The notes beneath the pieces are model-generated. The model was given only the letters and a program-made list of their open reading frames with translations. It searched no databases and was not told where the DNA came from. Positions 29,160 through 38,935 of a DNA stretch of 51,838 bases are shown here, piece after piece. The DNA is taken from positions 1-51,838 of the forward strand of contig CAJBWJ010000032.1 of the NCBI GenBank assembly GCA_903959355.1, written 5' to 3'. Numbering within the stretch: position 1 is the stretch's first letter; each line of letters starts with the position of its first letter. This DNA comes from an uncultured bacterium. Its GTDB lineage: Bacteria > Patescibacteriota > Microgenomatia > UBA1400 > PJMF01. The translations under genes and the position numbers were made by a program.

Positions 29160-30053
29160 TTACACTCCAAATCCTGGAATATGTAGTATAGATACTCCAA
29201 TGAATTGCAAAATAGTGACTGAAAAAATTACGAATAAGAGACCGATGACTGCAGAAGTGATAATTTCTTTGGCCTCTTTTGTTTTATTTGGGTCTCCTTG
29301 AGAGACGGAGAGCATGAAAGCTCCTACTAGAATCATCACCAGTACAATTCCGCCTCCCAGTCCTAGTCCAATGGTAATCACAACCTTAATAATGCTTTCT
29401 GGATTGCTAGGAATACAGCCAATAGCTGTCCAAATGCCTTTGGAGCTAAAACAATCAGCACAAGCTTGATACTGATCTGTGCCGGTTTTAATTTGTGCGC
29501 AGAGCTCATAACTGCCAATTAGACTTAGGTCTTCATTGCATTGCTCTGCAGAACATTGTGCTTGCACTGGCATTGAACTAGAAACAATAACAGTATTGTT
29601 TTCTGCTCCTTCAACCGAATCGTTTGAAAGATGGACCTCAAACTGATATGAGCAACCGCCTTTTATTTCTCTTCCAGGAATAGTGAAGTTTGTCTGTCCG
29701 TCAGTATAATCAAATAAAAGATATTTGAGGTCGTCTGTGGTTCCATCTAATTCAATTCCATCTGGCCAGCCACTACAACCACTGCTACCAATCAATCTGG
29801 CTTTTACTTTATGTTCTCCTTCTGGCAATGGAGTGCCATTGTTGAAAGCGAGGCCGGCGAGATTGATTGTCACATCTTCTCCAGCTACTACGCAGCCATT
29901 GAAGAAGTTACATTGTTTGCCATCACGAGATTGATAAGCCTCAACTGTCTCAATAATTGGAGCGGAATCAGCTGCAAGAACAAGGTCTTTACTCAATAAA
30001 AAAGAGAAACAAAAAAATCCAAAAACCAGAGCTATTTTTCTCATTTTATTCAC
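29160..30053 (-). CDS. VirB2/TrbC-type (T4SS pilin-like) protein with an extracellular Cys-containing domain
   Basis: GIWTAIGCIP, then GLGGGIVLVMILVGAFMLSVSQGDPNKTKEAKEIITSAVIGLLFVIFSVTILQFIG. The true start may be ATG 30044 after GAGGTG. Confidence 0.78.
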   Translation of the reverse strand: MNKMRKIALVFGFFCFSFLLSKDLVLAADSAPIIETVEAYQSRDGKQCNFFNGCVVAGEDVTINLAGLAFNNGTPLPEGEHKVKARLIGSSGCSGWPDGIELDGTTDDLKYLLFDYTDGQTNFTIPGREIKGGCSYQFEVHLSNDSVEGAENNTVIVSSSMPVQAQCSAEQCNEDLSLIGSYELCAQIKTGTDQYQACADCFSSKGIWTAIGCIPSNPESIIKVVITIGLGLGGGIVLVMILVGAFMLSVSQGDPNKTKEAKEIITSAVIGLLFVIFSVTILQFIGVSILHIPGFGV

Positions 30054-30112
30054 CTCTATATTAAATCATTAAAAAGCTTTAAAACCAAGCTATTATTTAG
30101 TAGAATGAATTT

Positions 30113-31828
30113 ATGTTCTTTTCCCGTAGATCTATTTTTTTTATTTCGTTCTTTAGCCTTTTGATAGGAATGATTCTTTTTAAACTGCCTTCTTTCGTCA
30201 GTGCAGAAGATGTTTGCAATTCGGTTGAGTCATGTGGAGCAGAAATAGATAAAATCTCAAAAGATCTGGAAGCCTCAAAAAACGCCACCACACCTCTAGA
30301 AAAAGAAGTTAATGCCCTCGAATCTCGCATAAATTCAGCCAAAGCAGGCATTGCCAAGGCCAAGAAACAAGCGGCTGACTTGGCAATAAGTATTGAAAGT
30401 AGAGAAAAAGACTTGGTTTATCATTATGAGATTTTTTCTAATCGCGTGGCAGAGTCATATAAAAGAAAACGCACCTTTAATCCCCTTAGCCTTTTTTTAT
30501 CTAGTCAAAGTGCTAGTCAACTAACCAAAGATTTAGCCTATCAAGAATCTGCTCGTGCTCAGGATGATCGTTTAATAAAATCCATATCTGAAGAGATCAA
30601 CAAATTAAATGAAGACAAGAAAAAACTTGAATCTGATCAAGTGCGCTTATCTGCTTTATCAGAAAAATTAGACAAACAAGCGGAGTTTTTTAAGGGAGAA
30701 ATAGCCAAGGCGAAGAGCTATCAAAGTGAATTGAACGGGAAAATTGCAGCTTTATCAGCCAAACAGCAATCGATTCTTGCAGAAAAATCTGGAACATTTC
30801 AGACCACTGTGGGAGATGTTCCTTTAGCTGACGATCCAGCCAGTAGGCCAGATTATAATCCTGGTTTTTCTCCAGCTTTTGCAGCGTTCAGTTTCGGTGC
30901 TCCACATTTTAAAGGAATGAGCCAGTATGGAGCTTTTGGTAGAGCAAAAAGCGGGCAAAATTATGAAACCATTCTTAAGGCCTATTATGGCAGCGGTATT
31001 GAAATTAAAGATCATAATCCTGACCAAACAATTACTGTTGATGGTTACGGACAATATTCTTTGGAAGAATATGCCAAGAGAATTTATGAATTGCCAAATA
31101 GTTGGGGTGATGATGGAGGAATGGAAGCACTTAAAGCTCAAGCAATCGCTGCTAGAAGTTATGTTCTAGCAAGAGGCGGCACAATTTGTGCAACTGAAGC
31201 TTGCCAAGTTTTTAAGCCAGGGGCAAAAGGTGGCAATTGGGAAAAAGCAGTTAATGAAACCAGAGGTAAAGTAGTTTATGCTAATGGCCAGCCATTTTCG
31301 ACTTGGTATTCTTCCACTTCGGGTGGATATCAGGAGTCATACTCTGCAAATGGCTACTCTACACCAGGATTTTGGGATACATCTAATGGCCGCAGTGGTT
31401 GGACTGGCCAAGCATATGAAAAAGTTGCTGGTTCTCCATGGTTTTATAAAGCTTGGTATAAAACTAGAGGCGGAGACAACTGTGGCAAAGACAGTCCTTG
31501 GTTAAGAAGCGAGGAAATGGCAGATATATTAAATGCTTGGGTAGTTATGTATCAAGGTAATGGAGATAGCGGCAGAGTAACTCCAGAATCATCTTGTTGG
31601 GGCGGTAATCCTTATAGTAAAAGCGATTTGTCAAATATTGGTGGTTTTAATAGTGTAAGTGGAGTCAGTGTCCAATATTCTGATAGTGGCACAACAGCCA
31701 ATGTTACATTTCAAACAAATAAAGGCAGCGTAACAATCAATGGCAATGAGTTTTATAAGGCTTTTAACCTAAGAGCTCCTGGCAGAATTTCTTTGAAGAG
31801 TGGCTTGTTTAATATCGAGAAAAAGTAG
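30113..31828 (+). CDS. Coiled-coil + SpoIID/LytB-domain peptidoglycan lytic transglycosylase
   Basis: Signal peptide and PcsB-like coiled coil. Motifs HFKGMSQYGA, ILKAYY, YELPNSW, EALKAQAIAARSY, CQVF and AVNETRG. Confidence 0.88.
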   Translation: MFFSRRSIFFISFFSLLIGMILFKLPSFVSAEDVCNSVESCGAEIDKISKDLEASKNATTPLEKEVNALESRINSAKAGIAKAKKQAADLAISIESREKDLVYHYEIFSNRVAESYKRKRTFNPLSLFLSSQSASQLTKDLAYQESARAQDDRLIKSISEEINKLNEDKKKLESDQVRLSALSEKLDKQAEFFKGEIAKAKSYQSELNGKIAALSAKQQSILAEKSGTFQTTVGDVPLADDPASRPDYNPGFSPAFAAFSFGAPHFKGMSQYGAFGRAKSGQNYETILKAYYGSGIEIKDHNPDQTITVDGYGQYSLEEYAKRIYELPNSWGDDGGMEALKAQAIAARSYVLARGGTICATEACQVFKPGAKGGNWEKAVNETRGKVVYANGQPFSTWYSSTSGGYQESYSANGYSTPGFWDTSNGRSGWTGQAYEKVAGSPWFYKAWYKTRGGDNCGKDSPWLRSEEMADILNAWVVMYQGNGDSGRVTPESSCWGGNPYSKSDLSNIGGFNSVSGVSVQYSDSGTTANVTFQTNKGSVTINGNEFYKAFNLRAPGRISLKSGLFNIEKK

Positions 31829-31833
31829 TTTTT

Positions 31834-33618
31834 TTAAATACCTCGCAAGTATTTAGCTGCCCACGGTCTATAGCTACTGTGATAAGAATCTTCTCGTATT
31901 ATTTCGCCATTTTTATCTTTTATAACATTGGTAAATTCTGATTTAATGCCACTGGCTGACCAATCAATTTGCTTGAGTTGTCCAGGTCTTAAGCTAGCGT
32001 CTGGAATATAAACGGTTGGCAAAGCTGGACTTTGGCCCCATTTTCTATAATTAATTATTTCAGTGGAACGGCCATCACTCGTGCCATAAAGTTTACAAAA
32101 CATATATAAATTTTCACTATCACTTTGGCAATTAATTAAAATGTGATTGCTGGTGTCATTAATAAAACGCAGGTCAGTTTCACCTTCAAAAACTGTAGCA
32201 TCAAAACCTGGTTCATTGCCAATTTCATAATAAGAAACGCGATAGGCATGAGGAAGACGGCGAGTTACCTTAAGACCAGCATTGAGTAGAGAGCGAAATA
32301 GAGTGCTGCTGACCTGGCAAACTCCACCACCAGGAGCCAATTTAGTTTCTCCAGCTTCTATAATATAGGCGTTTTTATAACCAGTTTTATCAGAAACTTC
32401 TCCAAGTATTTTATTGAATGAAAATTCTTCTCCAGGTTTTACGATGTGGTTACTAATACGACTAGTGGCTAAAGCTACGTTGTCGACACGATTGGGAATG
32501 GAATGAGCATACCAGCTTTCACCAAAGCCAATCACTTCTTTAATACCGAGGTCGTTGGCTTTTTCTAAAGTTACCGTTGCTATGGTACTTTTCATTGGTA
32601 TAGAAAAAGAATTTTCTCCATTTATTTGTTCTTCATTTTCAATTTTGTTTAAAAAATCTTCAACTATTTTTTTTGTAGAAACAGCATCAATTTCTAAGCC
32701 ATTTTTATCTGCGGAAAAATCTGTAACCTCTAGAGTATCTTTATCATAAATAAAACTCGCGTCGCTACTTGGACGATTAATTTGTGCTTTCAAATTATCA
32801 ATAAATAAATCGATTTTTTCTTGATCCAAACCATTTGGCCAAGCTAGAAAATTCATTAGTTCTTGATTAGAAATATCAATTTTTTGATATTCGTAGCTAA
32901 GGGTTAATTTTTGATCAATTAATTTTAAAGCTCTGTTTTTGCTCATTTCAATTTGTGATTGATCGAGAGCTAAGATAGGATGAGCCATAATTGCTTCTAC
33001 ATTAAAATCTTCCTTGCTCAGGTCTCTTAAGTTTTTATTCAAAACTTGCTTGTGCAGGGTTTGCCAGGTTTCATCACTAAGCAATTTGTCGCCTGTTTTT
33101 CCAGGTAAAATTTCTACTGTTTTGTTTTTTATAGTTGCATTCGGCTTTTCGCCAGGAAAATCCACCAAATCTTTTAGGTTCCCAATTAAAGCTTGAATTT
33201 TTTCTTGATCAAAATTTAATTGGACATAGTATCTTGCAGTTTTTTTGAAAAAATTGCTCTGATGACTACTTTCAAAGGCTTCAATCAACACGTCGTCCAA
33301 ATTATTTTTAATTGCTAGCTGATTGAGCTTAGCTTCTACTTCTTTATCTTTATAAAAGATGCTTAAAGAATCATTCTCAAAATCAATTTTATCCTGCATG
33401 TTTTCTTGAATTTTTATTTTTGCCTCATCTCTGGTCAATCCAGAAAGATTGATATCATCAATGTATGTTTTTGGATAAAAACGATCTTGATAATATTGAA
33501 AATAAACAAAAATTAGCCAAGCACTTACAAATAACAACAATATCCCCAAGGAAAGAAGGGCAGTGTTTGGTTTTTTTTGATTCAAGCTCCGCTTGATTGA
33601 TGAGTAAATTTTATCCAT
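31834..33618 (-). CDS. VanW-family protein with PG-binding (YoaR-like) region
   Basis: N-terminal TM helix. Motifs NRVDNV, PGEEFSFN, GGGVCQVSSTLFR, RLPHAYRVSYYE, GFDATV and DLRFIND. Confidence 0.92.
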   Translation of the reverse strand: MDKIYSSIKRSLNQKKPNTALLSLGILLLFVSAWLIFVYFQYYQDRFYPKTYIDDINLSGLTRDEAKIKIQENMQDKIDFENDSLSIFYKDKEVEAKLNQLAIKNNLDDVLIEAFESSHQSNFFKKTARYYVQLNFDQEKIQALIGNLKDLVDFPGEKPNATIKNKTVEILPGKTGDKLLSDETWQTLHKQVLNKNLRDLSKEDFNVEAIMAHPILALDQSQIEMSKNRALKLIDQKLTLSYEYQKIDISNQELMNFLAWPNGLDQEKIDLFIDNLKAQINRPSSDASFIYDKDTLEVTDFSADKNGLEIDAVSTKKIVEDFLNKIENEEQINGENSFSIPMKSTIATVTLEKANDLGIKEVIGFGESWYAHSIPNRVDNVALATSRISNHIVKPGEEFSFNKILGEVSDKTGYKNAYIIEAGETKLAPGGGVCQVSSTLFRSLLNAGLKVTRRLPHAYRVSYYEIGNEPGFDATVFEGETDLRFINDTSNHILINCQSDSENLYMFCKLYGTSDGRSTEIINYRKWGQSPALPTVYIPDASLRPGQLKQIDWSASGIKSEFTNVIKDKNGEIIREDSYHSSYRPWAAKYLRGI

Positions 33619-33657
33619 AATAGGAACGAATTACATTGTACTTTGTAGTTCATCGAT

Positions 33658-35610
33658 ATGCCAAGTCAGAACTTACCAAAACCAAATCTACCTGGTCAAA
33701 CGAATCAAATTCCTGTTTTAAATTCAAATCCAGGAGTGACTTTGGTTCCAAATGCAGCTCCAGCAGCATCTTCGGCAACAGCCTCACTAGCTTCTCAGAC
33801 TGTTTTTAATCAAAAACCAAATCAAATTCGTCAGGCTCAAATTATTCCTGGCGGCTTATCTAGAGAAAATCCGGGTGGAACGCCTCCAAATATGAGAGTA
33901 GAGGCTCCTCCTTCATCATCAATTCAAAATGATCTAAAAAAACCAGAGCCTCCAGCACAGTCTTTACCAAATAGACCTATGGGACCTCTTGGACAAATGT
34001 CAATTAAAAATGATTTTTCTCAAGTTGCTGATAAAGCTCAGGTCGCATCTCCAGTCACTCAAGGTACAGTTGTTCAGGCTTCTCCAGTTGAAATTGCAAA
34101 AGATATGACAAAACCTGAAACTGAAACTAAAAGTTCAGCTCCACAAATTTCTCCAGCAATCAGTCAAGCTCCATCTAATGAGACAAAGCCAACTCAACCA
34201 GAAAAAAAAAGTTTCAATCCTTTAACAAAACTTAAACAATTGCCAAAGCCAGCTCTAATTGGCGGAGCTGTTTTGATTTTAATTTTACTTGGCTTATTAA
34301 TCTTTAGTTTATTCAAACCAAAAACTTCATCCTCAAAACCAAGCACAAAAACTACAACTGGCAGCACTTCTACAAATACAAACAACACTTCAACTAGTGA
34401 TAGCAATACTGCTCAAATAACAACTTTGACCTATTGGGGTTTATGGGAAGACAGTCAGATCTTAAAGGAAGTAATCGCTGGTTTTGAAAGCAAAAATCCA
34501 ACAATTAAAATCGATTATCGCAAGCAATCTCATCGTGATTATAGAGAAAGATTACAGCAAGCAATTGCTTCTGGTAATGGTCCAGATATTTTTCGTTACC
34601 ATGTGGCTTGGGTGCAAATGCTGAGCGCTGAGCTTTCTGCTATGCCTTCTACTGTCATGACTGCTACTGAGTATAAGCAAGTTTTTTATCCAACAGCCTA
34701 CAATAATTTGCAAGTTGGTGGAAATATTGTTGGTATTCCGCTTATGTACGATGGTTTAGCTCTTTTTTATAACAAAGAAATGTTAAAAACAGCCAATATT
34801 GATGTGCCAACTACTTGGGCTGAGTTGCGTACAGCAGCTAATAAGTTAACTGTGCCAGCTAATGTTTCTGAAAGACAAAACGGCAATATAACCAGAGCTG
34901 GATTAGCAATTGGTAATGCCGGCAATGTGGATCATTTTTCAGACATTTTAGCTTTACTCATTATTCAAAATGGTGGCAATCCTGCTGAGGCTGGTAGTCA
35001 ATATGTTAAAGATGCTATTACTTTCTATACAAATTTCATCAAGCAAGACAAGATCTGGTCAGACCGCCTGGCTAATTCCACCACCGCTTTTGCTAAAGGT
35101 GACGTGGCAATGATTTTTGCTCCATCATGGAGAGTTCACGATATTAAAAATCTAAATCCAAACTTGGACTTTGCTGTAGCTAGATTGCCTCAATTAGATA
35201 TTCAAAAACCAGCAGCATGGGCAACTTTTTGGGCTGAAGGTGTAAACACTAAAAGTAAAAATAAAGACGCAGCGTGGTCTTTCTTAAAATATTTATCAAC
35301 TCCTGAAGTGTTACGAAAATTTTATAACGATGCTAGCCAATATCGAGCTTTTGGTGAAATTTATCCTCGTACTGATATGGTCGAAGAATTAAAGAGTAAT
35401 GAATTAGTTGGTGCTTATTTAGCTGATGCACCAATTGCCAAATCTTGGTATATGTCCAGCTTCACTCATGACAATGGTTTGAACGATCAAATCATTAAAT
35501 ATTATGAAGATGCCATCAATGCTGTTTTATCTAGTACTGACACGGAAAAAGCTTTAGAAACGGCAGTTTCTGGAGTAAATAGCGTACTGACAAAATATAG
35601 TTCTAAATAA
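33658..35610 (+). CDS. Membrane-anchored extracellular solute-binding protein (family 1, sugar-type) with a Pro/Gln-rich N-terminus
   Basis: TLTYWGLWE, GNGPDIF, GIPLMYDGLALFYNKEML, PTTWAEL, FAKGDVAM and AAWSFLKYL. TM helix near aa 200. Confidence 0.88.
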   Translation: MPSQNLPKPNLPGQTNQIPVLNSNPGVTLVPNAAPAASSATASLASQTVFNQKPNQIRQAQIIPGGLSRENPGGTPPNMRVEAPPSSSIQNDLKKPEPPAQSLPNRPMGPLGQMSIKNDFSQVADKAQVASPVTQGTVVQASPVEIAKDMTKPETETKSSAPQISPAISQAPSNETKPTQPEKKSFNPLTKLKQLPKPALIGGAVLILILLGLLIFSLFKPKTSSSKPSTKTTTGSTSTNTNNTSTSDSNTAQITTLTYWGLWEDSQILKEVIAGFESKNPTIKIDYRKQSHRDYRERLQQAIASGNGPDIFRYHVAWVQMLSAELSAMPSTVMTATEYKQVFYPTAYNNLQVGGNIVGIPLMYDGLALFYNKEMLKTANIDVPTTWAELRTAANKLTVPANVSERQNGNITRAGLAIGNAGNVDHFSDILALLIIQNGGNPAEAGSQYVKDAITFYTNFIKQDKIWSDRLANSTTAFAKGDVAMIFAPSWRVHDIKNLNPNLDFAVARLPQLDIQKPAAWATFWAEGVNTKSKNKDAAWSFLKYLSTPEVLRKFYNDASQYRAFGEIYPRTDMVEELKSNELVGAYLADAPIAKSWYMSSFTHDNGLNDQIIKYYEDAINAVLSSTDTEKALETAVSGVNSVLTKYSSK

Positions 35611-36592
35611 GCTTAAGTAAATTTTCAGCCAATTTTTGTTTATGGTGACGAATGAGACTTCTTGAAAGAGAATCATTCTTTTCTGCCTTAACGATAGCTG
35701 TTGAAAGCAAATCTTCTCTAATTATTTTTACGTCATCTTCGTCATTTCCTAAGTCATCAATAATTGGAAAATCATTGGCTAATTCGTAAAGTTTTTTAAT
35801 TTCTTCTGGAACTGGACTACTATTAATGAGAACAAAATCAATTTTTCTTTGACAATATTTTTGAACTTCTAGGAGATGATCTTTGGCTGTCATTTGATGA
35901 GTTTGAGAGAAATGGGTCATTAGATTTTCTATATAAACCATTTTGCCGCCTCTATTTTTGTTTTCTTGTAATGCCTCAACGAAGCCACTGGCTAGAGTGT
36001 TTGGCAAAAGACTGGCATAAAGATCGCCTGGGCCAAAAACAATTAGATCGGCTTCAACAATTGCTTGGTAGGATTTGTCATAAATTTTGGCAACTTTGTC
36101 TAGGGAAATATTTTCTATTTTTTTGCCACCGAGATTTGGATCATCTAGATTTTTTTCTCCAACCATTCTGGTGTCATCAGTATAAGTAATGACTAGATTA
36201 GCGCTATCTTCACTAATTGGCAAAACTTTACCGCTAATGCGGAAAATTTTGGAAGCGATTTCAACTGCTTTGCCAGCTGAGCCAGTCATACTCTCTAGAG
36301 AAGTTAGAATTAGATTGCCCAAATTATGACCCTGTAGACTTGAGTTTTTGTCAAAGCGATAGAGAAGTAACTGACGAATTTCTTTTTCGTTTTCTCCTTT
36401 AGCTAAGGCAGTAATGCATTGTCTGAGATCGCCGACTGGTAAGAAACCAAATTCATCTCTCAATCGACCAGTGGAGCCTCCATTGTCAGAGACTGCGATA
36501 ACGGCACTTAAATCAATGCCTTCATGGTTCTTCAATCCAGATAGAACTACTGCGCTGCCAGTACCACCACCGATGACGACGATTTTTTTCAT
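35603..36592 (-). CDS. yvcK: YvcK/GlmR (UPF0052, CofD-like) protein
   Basis: IGGGTG, DNGGSTGRLR, GDLRQC, GHNLGNL and GPGDLYASLLP. Confidence 0.93.
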   Translation of the reverse strand: MKKIVVIGGGTGSAVVLSGLKNHEGIDLSAVIAVSDNGGSTGRLRDEFGFLPVGDLRQCITALAKGENEKEIRQLLLYRFDKNSSLQGHNLGNLILTSLESMTGSAGKAVEIASKIFRISGKVLPISEDSANLVITYTDDTRMVGEKNLDDPNLGGKKIENISLDKVAKIYDKSYQAIVEADLIVFGPGDLYASLLPNTLASGFVEALQENKNRGGKMVYIENLMTHFSQTHQMTAKDHLLEVQKYCQRKIDFVLINSSPVPEEIKKLYELANDFPIIDDLGNDEDDVKIIREDLLSTAIVKAEKNDSLSRSLIRHHKQKLAENLLKLI

Positions 36593-36651
36593 AGGACTGA
36601 TTGTACTTCAAAGTAAGCACATGTTAAACTTGGATTCTAAGACATTTCAAT

Positions 36652-37131
36652 ATGAATCAAGATCTAGACAGTTTTTTGGCAGAAAGAATTAAGTTAAAAA
36701 AGACATTAACTTTAGTGACTGGAGTCTTTGATTTGCTTCATGAAGAGCATCATAATTTTTTGACAAAAGCCAAAGAATCAGGCGATCTATTGCTTGTTGG
36801 AATAGAATCGGATGAAAGAGTTAGGCAAATGAAGGGTAAAGATCGTCCCATCAATAATCAAAATCATCGTTTAGAAAATTTACTCAAGTGGGATATTGCT
36901 GACTGTATTTTTATATTACCAGAAAAATTTTCTAAACCAGATGACCATCGCCAATTAATTGATAAAATTAGGCCAGATTTTATGGCTGTTTCTTCACATA
37001 GTTCTTTTGTTAGTGAAAAAAAATTAATTCTTAAAGAATTTGGTGCTAAACTAATTGTTGTGCATGATTTTAATCCTGAGTTTTCTTCTAGCAAAATAAT
37101 AGAAAATTTAAAAAAGAAAGGTTGCTCATGA
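36652..37131 (+). CDS. Cytidylyl/adenylyltransferase (RfaE domain II / TagD-like)
   Basis: TGVFDLLHEEH (HxGH variant), LLVGIESD, KGKDRPI and SSSKII. Confidence 0.85.
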   Translation: MNQDLDSFLAERIKLKKTLTLVTGVFDLLHEEHHNFLTKAKESGDLLLVGIESDERVRQMKGKDRPINNQNHRLENLLKWDIADCIFILPEKFSKPDDHRQLIDKIRPDFMAVSSHSSFVSEKKLILKEFGAKLIVVHDFNPEFSSSKIIENLKKKGCS

Positions 37132-37472
37132 AAAAAGCGATCATAATGTTTTTAGTAATGGTAGTCGTGGTCGGCGGCGGAGCTTTTCTTTGGATTCAAA
37201 ATGCCAAGAAAACGGGAGTAAAGAATCCAACTCCAACAACAAACACCAAAAGCATCAGTAATCCAAGTGCTACAGAAAAATCTGGCACTACCACTAAGGT
37301 TGGTAAAATAACTGCCAGTGCTGGTAAGTTTTATTTACAAGAAGCTGGTCAGACTCCAAAAGAAATTGATAGTTATGTGGTTGATTTGGGAGAGTATGCT
37401 GACAAGACTGTAACCGTAAGTGGTCAATACAGTGGCGACACTCTTTTTGTCGGTAGTGTTGTAGTGAAATAA
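37128..37472 (+). CDS. Small membrane-anchored hypothetical protein (beta-rich, possibly OB-fold)
   Basis: ATGA overlap with the upstream stop, an N-terminal TM helix, a Thr/Ser linker and a short beta-rich domain. Confidence 0.7.
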   Translation: MKKAIIMFLVMVVVVGGGAFLWIQNAKKTGVKNPTPTTNTKSISNPSATEKSGTTTKVGKITASAGKFYLQEAGQTPKEIDSYVVDLGEYADKTVTVSGQYSGDTLFVGSVVVK

Positions 37473-37475
37473 ATC

Positions 37476-38933
37476 ATGGCCAAAATTAAATCTCTTTTTC
37501 GTTGCCAAAACTGCGCAGCTACTTTTCCCAAATGGATGGGGCAGTGTGGCGAGTGCGGTAGCTGGAACACGCTCGTAGAAGAAATTTCGGAGGCGCCAGA
37601 TGTTAATCGTAGATCTCAGGTTAAAAATACATTAAGCGATGATGATATTGCGAAAAAAAGAGTAGTTTTCTCTCAAGTGCAACGTTCTAGTGGCTCAAAA
37701 CAGCGTTTTTCTACCAGTATTGGAGAAATGGATCGCGTATTGGGTGGCGGTTTGGTTGCTGGCATGGTAGTTTTATTAGGTGGTGAACCAGGAATTGGTA
37801 AATCTACTTTATTGACCCAGATGATTCTGCAAATTTTGCGTTTACGCAAAGACGCAGTCAAAACAGTAAAGCCATTAAAGATATTTTATGTTGCAGGTGA
37901 AGAAAGCCCAGGTCAAATATCTCTTAGAATAGATCGATTTCTAGATAATGAACAAAATTCTTATTCTAGAGAAGAGATTGGGGAAAGCCTGATTTTCATA
38001 ACAACAACCGATGTCGACGAGCTCAATGTCTTGATTAGAAAAGATAAACCAGACCTTCTAATCGTTGATAGTATTCAGTCTTTATCGACTAGTTTCTTGA
38101 CTGGAGCGAGTGGAAGTGTCGGCCAAATCAGAGAAGTCGCTGACCGCATTATTAATGTCGTTAAATCTTTGGGTATTCCTACTTTTCTCATTGGTCATAT
38201 TACTAAAGATGGAGTGATTGCTGGACCAAAAGTCTTTGAACACATGGTTGATACAGTATTGTTATTAGAGGGCGAAAGATCAGACCAATTACGCATGTTA
38301 AGATCTCTTAAAAATCGTTTCGGTGCCACTGATGAAGTAGGGCTTTTTCAGAGTGATGACTACGGTCTTCGAGAAATCAGTAATCCTAGTGAACTGTTTT
38401 TAGAAAACACCAATCAGTTGGTGACTGGTGCTGCCACGGTTTGTTTGATGGAGGGTACCCGTCCTTTATTGGCAGAAGTGCAAGCTTTAGTAGTTAAGTC
38501 ACAATTAGCCATGCCGCGTAGAGTTGGTAGAGGAGTGGATTTGGCTCGCATTCAAGTTTTGTCAGCAGTCTTGCAGAAGCATGCTAGCCTTCCCTTGGCT
38601 TTTTATGATATTTTCTTGAGTGTGGCTGGTGGATTTCGCATCAAAGAAGCCAGTGTAGATTTGGGTTTGGCGGTCTCTATAGCCAGCTCATTAACGGGTA
38701 AAAAAATACCTCAAAGTACGGTTTTCATCGGAGAGATAGGATTGCTTGGGGAGATCAGAAAAACACCATATTTTGAAAGAAGAGCCAAGGAGGCCCGAAG
38801 ACTTGGTTTCTCAAAAATCATTTCACGAGAAACTCACTCAAACATTAGAGAACTTCTAAAAGATTTAGGATTACTTTCCAAACAAGAAATTAGACGAGAA
38901 ACTAAACCGGAAATTGAAAACGAAGAATTTTAA
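37476..38933 (+). CDS. radA: DNA repair protein RadA/Sms
   Basis: C4 zinc finger CQNC..KWMGQCGEC, Walker A GEPGIGKST, KNRFG and a Lon-like C-terminal domain. Confidence 0.97.
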   Translation: MAKIKSLFRCQNCAATFPKWMGQCGECGSWNTLVEEISEAPDVNRRSQVKNTLSDDDIAKKRVVFSQVQRSSGSKQRFSTSIGEMDRVLGGGLVAGMVVLLGGEPGIGKSTLLTQMILQILRLRKDAVKTVKPLKIFYVAGEESPGQISLRIDRFLDNEQNSYSREEIGESLIFITTTDVDELNVLIRKDKPDLLIVDSIQSLSTSFLTGASGSVGQIREVADRIINVVKSLGIPTFLIGHITKDGVIAGPKVFEHMVDTVLLLEGERSDQLRMLRSLKNRFGATDEVGLFQSDDYGLREISNPSELFLENTNQLVTGAATVCLMEGTRPLLAEVQALVVKSQLAMPRRVGRGVDLARIQVLSAVLQKHASLPLAFYDIFLSVAGGFRIKEASVDLGLAVSIASSLTGKKIPQSTVFIGEIGLLGEIRKTPYFERRAKEARRLGFSKIISRETHSNIRELLKDLGLLSKQEIRRETKPEIENEEF

Positions 38934-38935
38934 TT

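Noticed and set aside
38819..38834. parS-like sequence CATTTCACGAGAAACT in radA (also CACGTG cores near 17-22 and 452-457)
   Set aside because: Four or more mismatches to TGTTTCACGTGAAACA and imperfect symmetry.
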